A stretch of 25,836 nucleotides of DNA from a virus (IMGVR_UViG_3300021432_000036:1-25836); one strand, 5' to 3'. Numbered from the stretch's first letter, positions 17,387 through 24,641 are shown. Program-made: numbers and translations. Notes: generated by a model not told the origin, from the sequence alone.

Positions 17387-17701
17387 TTAACTACCCATCA
17401 ACTGCGGATTACTATTAAACAATCTAAACCACTGCTGACTTTGTAGTGCCTCCAACTCCGTATTCCATCCTCCCTTAAACTCCTGCATCACAGTAAAGAA
17501 ATTCAGATTACCATCACGACCAACATAATTATTATGCCCGGCCTTCGTTACCTGTATCCAATATTGTCCCGCCACAAACACTACCCCTATACTAACCCCA
17601 ATATCCGTAATACTTACATCCAACACTCCATTCGGCGTCGGAAAACCTACCGCTACCGTCGGATAACCAACAGTTGCCATTTCTACCATTACATCTTGCA
17701 T
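17387..17701 (-). CDS. Hypothetical protein (104 aa)
   Basis: ATG in A-rich context, with a TATATTTG promoter element at 17740-17747. Confidence 0.6.
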   Translation of the reverse strand: MQDVMVEMATVGYPTVAVGFPTPNGVLDVSITDIGVSIGVVFVAGQYWIQVTKAGHNNYVGRDGNLNFFTVMQEFKGGWNTELEALQSQQWFRLFNSNPQLMGS

Positions 17702-17739
17702 ATCTTTAAATTTTAAAAGTTAATTACTACTCCTATTCA

Positions 17740-17747
17740 CAAATATA
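17740..17747 (-). promoter_or_regulatory. -7 element TATATTTG heading the packaging operon
   Basis: TAnnTTTG 39 nt upstream of the ATG at 17701. Confidence 0.55.
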
Positions 17748-17749
17748 AT

Positions 17750-18782
17750 AATTTTTATACTGATGTATATTCCAATAATCTATAATTACATTATGTCTGC
17801 ATAATCACTATTCCTATAATTAATTTATATGGATGTAATAACAATACCCCCTACCCACTCTGCCAAAACACTAGGGACGGCTGCCGATAACCGGGGGTCT
17901 TAAAATTCAGAGCAAGAAAAAAGTTAAAGTAATTTCTTTTAAAGGTTGGGATGGTAGGCTCTCCGTCTGAAAGCTATTTTGGTTTTGAATGTATGTACAT
18001 ACTGTTTTGTTGGCTTGCCAGATGATTGCCTAAATTATATGTGCCTGCCGTATATGTTTTGACATTGTATGTATATACATTTGAGACAATAAATTGTCGT
18101 GGAACAATTGCGTGGAACATAACAACGTAACTCATTGAATCCCAGTAAATTTAGACAAGCCTAAAATATTCTACATAAACACCTGATTGTTAATAAAATA
18201 AACCTATTTATATGAAGTATTTGATTAATCTTCATTAAACATTCATAATTAATTTACTAAAATTACTTTTGCTCTTAACTTATTGATTTTTAATTAGTTT
18301 GAAGCATAAATGAAGAGACAAATATATCTTTTTAGATAGTTTATGATATTGAATAGTATTAATTTGGGTATATTATTTGGTTTATGCTTTTATTTTTTTT
18401 TAGTAGATTGTTTTGAGTTAATATACTTGTAATTAATAGTATATTACTGGTAATTACTTATAATATATATATAATACTTGTTATACTGGTTATATAGTTA
18501 CTATTAGTTATTAACTGGTATATTATTGCTTATACTGATGTACTTACCAAGTATATAAAAGGTAATATATAAGTAATTACTTGTAAATTACGACGGCAGC
18601 TTGTAAATGTCCGTAGATTGCATTAGCTGCATTTTTTGGGTTGGTTGATACTTTGGTGTGTTTTAGTGTAGATAGTGTCTTAAATAGCGAACGTATACAT
18701 AAATTAGCCCTTTTAAATTACATTATACATAGTTAAGTTGTCCAATAATCCCGAACAATTCATTTTTAATCAAATTAGAGGC
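17750..18782. other. Long AT-rich non-coding region; candidate packaging/terminus or origin region
   Basis: No ORF of 60 aa or more. Contains an ACCCCC/GGGGGT inverted repeat at the skew flip, IHF-like boxes and short direct repeats. Confidence 0.5.
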
Positions 18783-19091
18783 TTACCAATAACGTTTTTT
18801 GCGTTTCTTCTTCTTTTTGAGTTTAACCTTTCGGGCTAAAGATATTTTCTTCTTGTATTTGCCCTTTTTATTCTTCACATATCCATACTCTTTTTGATGG
18901 CAATTTTTACATAAAATCTTTAAGTCTTCCGGTTCTTCATTAAATATATTTTTATATGTTAAATGATGAATTTGCAACCTTTTAGTATTGCCACAATCTT
19001 CACATTTTTTACCCCTAATGTTAAACAAATCAATTCTAATTTGCGCCCACTCATTACTATTTAAATAATCCTTATATTTTTTGTCAATCAT
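18783..19091 (-). CDS. Small Zn-binding HNH endonuclease (McrA/gp74-like)
   Basis: YLNSNEW...CEDC...LQIHHLTY...DLKILCKNCH, followed by a basic tail. Confidence 0.85.
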   Translation of the reverse strand: MIDKKYKDYLNSNEWAQIRIDLFNIRGKKCEDCGNTKRLQIHHLTYKNIFNEEPEDLKILCKNCHQKEYGYVKNKKGKYKKKISLARKVKLKKKKKRKKRYW

Positions 19092-19297
19092 ATATAATTA
19101 CCGTTAATTATTGAGTGTATATTTTTCCGAGAACCACCAAAGAAAAAAGAACAGAAAAGTAACAAACACTAAAACAATAGTAAAGAGAATAAAAAAGAAA
19201 AGCCCTCCACAAAAGACTATTCTCTGCAATTAGATTGCCTTGGCCTGATCCAAGTAATGTTTATTTACAAGTTTGGTCTGTTTGTAGCTTTGACTTA

Positions 19298-19495
19298 CTA
19301 CTTATTGGTATTATACCCATAAAAGATTTTAGGAGGTTTTAACTCTTTCCTATTCTTTCGCCTGTTTTGCTTTTTAGTTAAACGCTTTACTTTGCCCTTA
19401 ACTAATCGCTTAATACCATACATAACACCGAGCGTTAAACCAGCTGTTCCATTTGCACGATATAATTCTAATTGTTGTTGTTTAGTAAGTCCCAT
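19298..19495 (-). CDS. Small basic hypothetical protein (65 aa)
   Basis: Start reassigned to MGLTKQQQ at 19495, because the upstream ATG lies inside RNA element C. Confidence 0.5.
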   Translation of the reverse strand: MGLTKQQQLELYRANGTAGLTLGVMYGIKRLVKGKVKRLTKKQNRRKNRKELKPPKIFYGYNTNK

Positions 19496-19503
19496 AAACC
19501 ATA

Positions 19504-19661
19504 TAAAACACAAAACCCCACCAGTTTCCTGACAGAGTTCTTGCATGGCATGGGCTTTGCTCGGTTTTACCCGATTCGGTTTTTACACCGCAAAATATTT
19601 TTATTTGTTATTTAGAACTCTGTCAAAAGCCTAATAACACAACAAAACTATAACAAATATA
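19504..19661 (-). promoter_or_regulatory. Promoter plus kissing-loop leader/attenuator element C
   Basis: TATATTTG at 19654-19661. Hairpin 19606-19639 presents TGACAGAGTTCT. Two small CGG..CCG hairpins follow. Hairpin 19511-19559 presents AGAACTCTGTCA (12-nt complement) and is followed by a U-rich tail. Confidence 0.6.
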
Positions 19662-19675
19662 TCAAACTACCAAAT

Positions 19676-19984
19676 TTATTTTAAATGAGCAGAAAATAAT
19701 AACATAAAAACGGGGTTAATTACTGTTATATATTGGCATGGTTCAACTGTTTCTATGCTTGCAGTCCAGTTATCAAAAGAAAGCACAATCCATTTAATGC
19801 CATTACCACAACCGTAAACTTGTCCCGGTATCATATAGGGTTGATTGTGTATAGTTACATTGGCCCTGTAATGATATTTATACTCAATAGGTATATTAAA
19901 GAGTTTAGCTATTACTATTTTGTACTTAGGTATGTGCACCTGAGTTGTTTTTGTTATAACTGATTCACTTATTTTATAGATCAT
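19676..19984 (-). CDS. Hypothetical protein (102 aa)
   Basis: ATGA overlap with the upstream RHH gene. Confidence 0.6.
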   Translation of the reverse strand: MIYKISESVITKTTQVHIPKYKIVIAKLFNIPIEYKYHYRANVTIHNQPYMIPGQVYGCGNGIKWIVLSFDNWTASIETVEPCQYITVINPVFMLLFSAHLK

Positions 19985-20178
19985 TTTTTATTTTCCTCTT
20001 TTTTTAGTTTACTGTCCTCTAATTTTAACGCCTCCTGTATTACTGAAGAATAACACTCTTTTAATGCTTCTTGTATTAATTCCCCCAATGTAATATCATT
20101 ATCAATGGCAAGTTTATGTAATGCTTTTTTTACTTCCAAGCTACCGAAGTCGAATGTATATCTTTTAATGTGTTTCAT
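19981..20178 (-). CDS. Ribbon-helix-helix DNA-binding protein (65 aa)
   Basis: KRYTFDF strand followed by helices EVKKALHKLAIDND and TLGELIQEAL. Start reassigned to the ATG at 20178. Confidence 0.7.
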   Translation of the reverse strand: MKHIKRYTFDFGSLEVKKALHKLAIDNDITLGELIQEALKECYSSVIQEALKLEDSKLKKEENKK

Positions 20179-20182
20179 AAAA

Positions 20183-20190
20183 CAAAGATA
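20183..20190 (-). promoter_or_regulatory. Leftward -7 element TATCTTTG (probably leaderless RHH mRNA)
   Basis: TAnnTTTG separated from the ATG at 20178 by only 4 nt. Confidence 0.55.
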
Positions 20191-20356
20191 GGCAATAATA
20201 TTATAACATTTAATATTAACGCATTTAATTTGTGGCATAGAGTTTGTATGTATGCTTAATTTTAATAGAAACGCACAAAATATGGTGTTTTTAGTTTCTA
20301 ACAACCCATTGTTTAACCTAACTGTATAACTTTAGATAAATAATTATGTAATAATA

Positions 20357-20388
20357 TTTGCGCAATTAATATTGTCAACCTATCTTTG
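20357..20388 (+). promoter_or_regulatory. Consensus Bacteroidota sigma-70 promoter for the rightward operon
   Basis: TTTG (20357-60), a 20-nt spacer, then TATCTTTG (20381-88). Confidence 0.8.
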
Positions 20389-20394
20389 ATGTAA

Positions 20395-20835
20395 CAAATA
20401 ATACAAACGTTCTTTATTTCAGATAATAAAAATTAAAGCCCGAAAGAGGTGCTAACATAGTTAGACGTTAAATAGGGACTGAATGCCAACAGGAATGAAC
20501 GAAAAGTCGAAAGGCGAGTACAAGTAAAGAAAAGGCATAGCGATAATCAAATAGATGAGCTAAAAGAGGGACAGTCAAAAGGGCTGAATAGCGTAAACGC
20601 TTTCCTATGGAAACAGAGGTAATACTCGCCGTACTTAAATAACAATGAGCCTGCCAGTAAGGAGTAGTTTCCAGTACCGCAGGTGAATGAATTAGAATAC
20701 ATTTAAAGCATTATTATAGGTAGATACCTATCGGAGTATCTTTAATCGTGAGCTATACACGTTAACCTATTATTACATATAAATTCGGCGGGATAACATA
20801 ATACGGTTAAGGTATCGCATACCGCCCGCCGAACT
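20395..20835 (+). ncRNA. Putative structured leader/ncRNA, family not recognised
   Basis: No substantial ORF. Many adjacent hairpins, GAAA loops, and long-range pairing GGCGAGTA (20513-20) with TACTCGCC (20623-30). Confidence 0.5.
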
Positions 20836-20854
20836 CACTAATAAATTAACAACC

Positions 20855-21007
20855 ATGAAAACCACAGAAAAATTAAAAAAACAAGCCACTGAACTAATGA
20901 AAAGAGGTTATAGTCAAACATTAATTGAATCTAAAATGTGGGCTATGAGAGATTCCAATACAAGCATTAAAATGATTAAAAAAATCATTGAAAAAATAAT
21001 CGCCTAA
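20855..21007 (+). CDS. Small hypothetical protein (50 aa, MKTTEKLKKQATELMKRG...)
   Basis: Read by hand. AACC-ATG context. Confidence 0.6.
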   Translation: MKTTEKLKKQATELMKRGYSQTLIESKMWAMRDSNTSIKMIKKIIEKIIA

Positions 21008-21045
21008 CCATTAAAACACACTTTAAAAGGCTTGAAATATTAGCC

Positions 21046-21105
21046 ATGTTCAGGGAACGCATTAAGTTTTTAGACCCAAGAGATCAATATCAAATTATAC
21101 GTTAA
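21046..21105 (+). CDS. Micro-ORF (19 aa, MFRERIKFLDPRDQYQIIR)
   Basis: GCC-ATG context shared with neighbouring genes. Confidence 0.35.
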   Translation: MFRERIKFLDPRDQYQIIR

Positions 21106-21127
21106 ACTAACTAAAATCACAATCGCC

Positions 21128-21340
21128 ATGGACAAATATAAAATAGTATCAAACTTTGAAGGCAGCTATATAAGTGTTGACCAAGACAATAATTTTACAT
21201 ATTGTGGTAATTGGGCAAATAAAATATTAAGCATGTTTATTAAACTTAATATACTTAATAATACAGCCGAAAAAATTAATGTAATTAAAAACGTTGTTAT
21301 ACCAAAAACAAGCGGATTTGTTATTTACGGAACTATTTAA
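21128..21340 (+). CDS. Hypothetical protein (70 aa)
   Basis: AATCGCC-ATG start. Confidence 0.65.
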   Translation: MDKYKIVSNFEGSYISVDQDNNFTYCGNWANKILSMFIKLNILNNTAEKINVIKNVVIPKTSGFVIYGTI

Positions 21341-21365
21341 TATTAACCTTTTAAACCTAATCGCC

Positions 21366-21422
21366 ATGAAAACTAAAACAATTACGACATTGCAGAGCTT
21401 GCCGAGATGGCACAAAAATTAA
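21366..21422 (+). CDS. Micro-ORF (18 aa, MKTKTITTLQSLPRWHKN)
   Basis: AATCGCC-ATG start. Confidence 0.35.
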   Translation: MKTKTITTLQSLPRWHKN

Positions 21423-21447
21423 GAAAATAATTTAAAACTTTACAGCC

Positions 21448-21618
21448 ATGAAAACTAATATAGATTTGACCCTAAAGAGTGGTGCAAAGATAACCGTACA
21501 ATGGATATTTGACGATCATATTAATTACTTACTATTAAATGATTCAGAGCCTTGGGCTTATTTGCAAGCAGACAAAGGAACTGACAAATTCAATGAAATA
21601 GTAGAACTTTTGCATTAA
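21448..21618 (+). CDS. Small hypothetical protein (56 aa, MKTNIDLTLKSG...)
   Basis: Read by hand. ACAGCC-ATG start. Confidence 0.6.
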   Translation: MKTNIDLTLKSGAKITVQWIFDDHINYLLLNDSEPWAYLQADKGTDKFNEIVELLH

Positions 21619-21649
21619 TATTAACTCACATAACTAATAACTAATCGCC

Positions 21650-21799
21650 ATGAAAAAGATAAAATTAAATTCAACCGTTTTATGGTATAACCGGAAATTA
21701 TGCAGCCTATTTTATGACTACAAAATGACACGCCAGTTTCCGCAATCGTGCCTAAATAAACAGGATTATATTAACTTCTTAAAACAAATACAGCCATGA
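21650..21799 (+). CDS. Small hypothetical protein (49 aa, MKKIKLNSTVLWY...)
   Basis: AATCGCC-ATG start, with an ATGA overlap to the next ORF. Confidence 0.55.
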   Translation: MKKIKLNSTVLWYNRKLCSLFYDYKMTRQFPQSCLNKQDYINFLKQIQP

Positions 21800-21876
21800 A
21801 TAATCTAAATATATGTATTTGCACTACTTCAATTGAAGGTGAATTTATTCATTTACCAGACTTTTATTTAAACTAA
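21796..21876 (+). CDS. Micro-ORF (26 aa, MNNLNICICTTSIEGEFIHLPDFYLN)
   Basis: ACAGCC-ATG start, translationally coupled to the previous ORF. Confidence 0.4.
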   Translation: MNNLNICICTTSIEGEFIHLPDFYLN

Positions 21877-21896
21877 CCCAAAAAACCACAATCGCC

Positions 21897-22271
21897 ATGA
21901 AAACCGTAAAAAGAAATTCCAAAGGCATAATAACCCATACCACAAAAGACGGTATTAAATGGGATAAAGTGAATAACATTTATAATAAAGCTCAGCATAC
22001 AGCGGGCGAATGGAAAATATTATTCGGAAATTATATTCATTTCGCAACAATCAATAAAGATGCGATGACTCGTATCTGTGAAATTAATATAACAGAAGAT
22101 TCGCCTCAAATAGATGAAGCAAGAGCCAATGCCAAACTGATAGCAGCAGCACCGGAATTATTGAAAGCCCTTGAAAATGTACTGCAATTTAATTGTTTGA
22201 TTCCAGATACAACTGTACGTAGAGAAGTGTTGTATCAAATACATCAGGTAATTAAAAAAGCAACTGAATAA
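21897..22271 (+). CDS. Conserved phage hypothetical protein
   Basis: HTAGEW...ANAKLIAAAPELLKAL is a widespread phage motif. Confidence 0.8.
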   Translation: MKTVKRNSKGIITHTTKDGIKWDKVNNIYNKAQHTAGEWKILFGNYIHFATINKDAMTRICEINITEDSPQIDEARANAKLIAAAPELLKALENVLQFNCLIPDTTVRREVLYQIHQVIKKATE

Positions 22272-22292
22272 TTAACTAATACCACCAACGCC

Positions 22293-22502
22293 ATGAAAAC
22301 CATAAAAAGAATCGACATAAAAGAATGTCCACCACAAGCCACTCACGCTAAATTTAATCCAACAAACGAGTTTATAGAATTATTTTATAAAATCGAGAAA
22401 GATGAAATTAAATTTTTATCGACTTGTGGAGGAGGGTGGGGACATTCCGACAGCGCAGACAAAGACAAAGATTTTATAAACAAATTGATTAAAATAGTTT
22501 AA
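22293..22502 (+). CDS. Hypothetical protein (69 aa)
   Basis: ACGCC-ATG start. The PPQATH motif is common in small phage proteins. Confidence 0.65.
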   Translation: MKTIKRIDIKECPPQATHAKFNPTNEFIELFYKIEKDEIKFLSTCGGGWGHSDSADKDKDFINKLIKIV

Positions 22503-22547
22503 TCGAAGATGCAGTTAATTGTATATAAATATAAATAGGGAGAAAAC

Positions 22548-22585
22548 TAACGGGCACGATTATCGTGGCGATAGTCTGCCCGTTA
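22548..22585 (+). promoter_or_regulatory. Long intergenic hairpin (processing or stability site?)
   Basis: TAACGGGCA-C-GATTATCG-TGG-CGATAGTC-TGCCCGTTA. No U tract. Confidence 0.45.
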
Positions 22586-22618
22586 ACCCCTTGTTAAATT
22601 CACTTAAACTTATTAGCC

Positions 22619-23284
22619 ATGATTAAAATAGAAATAAAATCAATATTAGGTAAAGTTCTTTTTGAATACAAAAAAGAAGATAATACCATACTGAAAACAG
22701 TCGTAGAAGCCGTAAATAAAGGCGCAGACTTACAAGGCGCATACTTACAAGACGCAGACTTACGAGGCGCATACTTACAAGGCGCATACTTACAAGACGC
22801 AGACTTACGAGGCGCATACTTACAAGGCGCAGACTTACAAGACGCAGACTTACGAGGCGCATACTTACGAGGCGCAGACTTACAAGGCGCATACTTACGA
22901 GGCGCAGACTTACGAGGCGCATACTTACGAGGCGCATACTTACAAGGCGCAGACTTACAAGACGCAGACTTACGAGGCGCATACTTACGAGGCGCATACT
23001 TACGAGACGCATACTTACAAGACGCAGACTTACGAGGCGAAAAAATTTTAAAAGCTATTGTATTTAATGGGTTATATGATTATATCATTATTCCATACAT
23101 AACAGAGAAAGACGAAAAACGTGTTAAAATGGGGTGTTACGATAGAAGCCTTGAAGAATGGAATAAAGATTTTTGGAATAATACAAAAGAATTTCCAAAC
23201 GATAATTCAGAAAAAAGTAATTTACGTTTAATGGCCTTTGAAACTGCTAAAAAATGGTTTGAAATTGTAGAGCCTAAAAAATAA
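22619..23284 (+). CDS. Pentapeptide-repeat protein
   Basis: 21 A(D/Y)L(Q/R)(G/D) repeats between an N-terminal IEIKS..GKVLFEY domain and a C-terminal MGC...LEEW domain. Confidence 0.9.
   Translation: MIKIEIKSILGKVLFEYKKEDNTILKTVVEAVNKGADLQGAYLQDADLRGAYLQGAYLQDADLRGAYLQGADLQDADLRGAYLRGADLQGAYLRGADLRGAYLRGAYLQGADLQDADLRGAYLRGAYLRDAYLQDADLRGEKILKAIVFNGLYDYIIIPYITEKDEKRVKMGCYDRSLEEWNKDFWNNTKEFPNDNSEKSNLRLMAFETAKKWFEIVEPKK
22721..23035 (+). repeat. 21 x 15-bp tandem repeat GRCGCAKACTTACRA
   Basis: Counted directly. Only three positions vary. Confidence 0.95.
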
Positions 23285-23309
23285 ATTAACTCACTTAAAA
23301 CTTATTACT

Positions 23310-23654
23310 ATGAAAACTATCGAAAAAATAAATAACATTGATGTTGAAATAGAATGGCGTTTTATAGAAAAAATGGACTCGCACGATTCTAACTGGTTTG
23401 AATGGGCTTGCGAGGGATTTGATAAAGACGGGAATAAATATCAGGCCAATTGCCAAGCAGACGGAACCGAGCCATATGATTTGCATGACAATGTAACCGA
23501 TGTTGAATTATTAAAATTAGATTCTGAAATAAATAAAGCATGGTTGAATTATAGAAAAAATAATATTAAACATATTGAACCATTAACCGCTTTAACTTAT
23601 TACGGAATCTTTACAGATGCCTACATGATAGCAATTAAAAAAGAAACATTATGA
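23310..23654 (+). CDS. Hypothetical protein (114 aa)
   Basis: In the ORF track, co-oriented with the operon. Confidence 0.65.
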   Translation: MKTIEKINNIDVEIEWRFIEKMDSHDSNWFEWACEGFDKDGNKYQANCQADGTEPYDLHDNVTDVELLKLDSEINKAWLNYRKNNIKHIEPLTALTYYGIFTDAYMIAIKKETL

Positions 23655-23785
23655 CAACATTTATAAAGATATGCTCACACCTCAAGTCTGCACATTGCCT
23701 ATCCTATAAAATAGTTAATGACAGACTAAAAATAATTGAACTTGTTAAACAATTACAATCTAACTATAAAATCAACACGCCATGA
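23651..23785 (+). CDS. Small hypothetical protein (44 aa, MTTFIKICSHL...)
   Basis: ATGA overlaps at both ends. Confidence 0.5.
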   Translation: MTTFIKICSHLKSAHCLSYKIVNDRLKIIELVKQLQSNYKINTP

Positions 23786-23949
23786 AACCCTCAGAAATAT
23801 ATACGGAAATATCCGAACAATTAGATAAATTAGATTTGTCCTTTTCTCAAAAGTTAGAAGTCAGAAATATAATTTCAGACGTACTAAATAAAAGTATTTC
23901 AAAAGACATCGAAAACTTGAAAAATAAATTAGAAACCTTTCACCTTTAA
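23782..23949 (+). CDS. Small hypothetical protein (55 aa, MKPSEIYTEISEQL...)
   Basis: ACGCC-ATG start. Confidence 0.6.
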   Translation: MKPSEIYTEISEQLDKLDLSFSQKLEVRNIISDVLNKSISKDIENLKNKLETFHL

Positions 23950-23962
23950 AATATTAATCGCC

Positions 23963-24103
23963 ATGAGACACTACATCACACATTCAAACATCCGGGAGGA
24001 CTTAACTATTGAAATTCTTGCCGAGATATTCGCAGTGAAGAGATATTTTTCTCACCTGTTAATTGATAGATACATAATTGACTTACAAATACAAAATAAT
24101 TAA
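23963..24103 (+). CDS. Small hypothetical protein (46 aa, MRHYITHSNIRE...)
   Basis: AATCGCC-ATG start. Confidence 0.5.
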   Translation: MRHYITHSNIREDLTIEILAEIFAVKRYFSHLLIDRYIIDLQIQNN

Positions 24104-24108
24104 TAGCC

Positions 24109-24258
24109 ATGAAACAAAAAACTTACAGAGACTTAGACTATAACAAGGTTATAGACTTTGCCGATAAAAAAGGATTAAACACTCAAACAGAACAGAACTA
24201 CAAAGAGGTAGCCCAAATGATGTTTGAGGAAATGAAACGTAACCACAAAAAGAAATGA
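24109..24258 (+). CDS. Small hypothetical protein (49 aa, MKQKTYRDLDY...)
   Basis: TAGCC-ATG start, with an ATGA overlap to the next gene. Confidence 0.6.
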   Translation: MKQKTYRDLDYNKVIDFADKKGLNTQTEQNYKEVAQMMFEEMKRNHKKK

Positions 24259-24641
24259 ACCACGTTTATAACGTTGGCGAAGCTGCGCCCGAAGGCAAGC
24301 CCGTCCCCACAGAATATAAATGTTGTTTATGCTTAGAAGAAAAGGAAGCAAAGGACTTGATCGCTATTGATAGCATTAAAAAGATAGTGTGTAAAGATTG
24401 TCTACAAAGTGAAGATAGTACCTTTGATGACATATACGAACTCTTGCAGAAGAGAGCCAACATAAACGAAGAAAGCAACCCTGCTATATGCGCCAAGCTG
24501 CAAATAGAATTAGAGGCCAAGATAGGACGTGCCGTTGAATGGGTAAGTGAATGTTGCAGCACACACGCACCTAACGAGCAATTTGAACTAAGGCAAATAT
24601 GCGGTAAATGTTTGGAAAACGCTCGATACATAGGGCTGTGA
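24255..24641 (+). CDS. Putative double zinc-finger protein
   Basis: Cys clusters CCLC...CKDC and SECC...CGKC. Confidence 0.6.
   Translation: MNHVYNVGEAAPEGKPVPTEYKCCLCLEEKEAKDLIAIDSIKKIVCKDCLQSEDSTFDDIYELLQKRANINEESNPAICAKLQIELEAKIGRAVEWVSECCSTHAPNEQFELRQICGKCLENARYIGL

Noticed and set aside
16409-17716. Plus-strand ORFs 16409..16702, 16692..17027, 16858..17226 and 17534..17716
   Set aside because: They are antisense to credible genes. The G-poor + strand depletes TAG/TGA stops and yields H/P/T/L-rich artefactual ORFs.
15630-19632. 13-nt identity CTGTCAAAAGCCT between the tmRNA 5' region (15630-42) and element C (19620-32)
   Set aside because: A few 13-mer matches are expected by chance in 26 kb, and the match does not extend.
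19496-20304. Longer starts in the ORF track for 19298..19546 and 19981..20304
   Set aside because: The extensions run through RNA element C and the promoter region. The downstream ATGs at 19495 and 20178 fit better.
22623-23012. Minus-strand ORF of MRLVS/LRLVS repeats
   Set aside because: It is the antisense reading of the pentapeptide repeat.
22721-23035. Possible CRISPR array
   Set aside because: The 15-bp units are contiguous with no spacers and lie in frame within a CDS.
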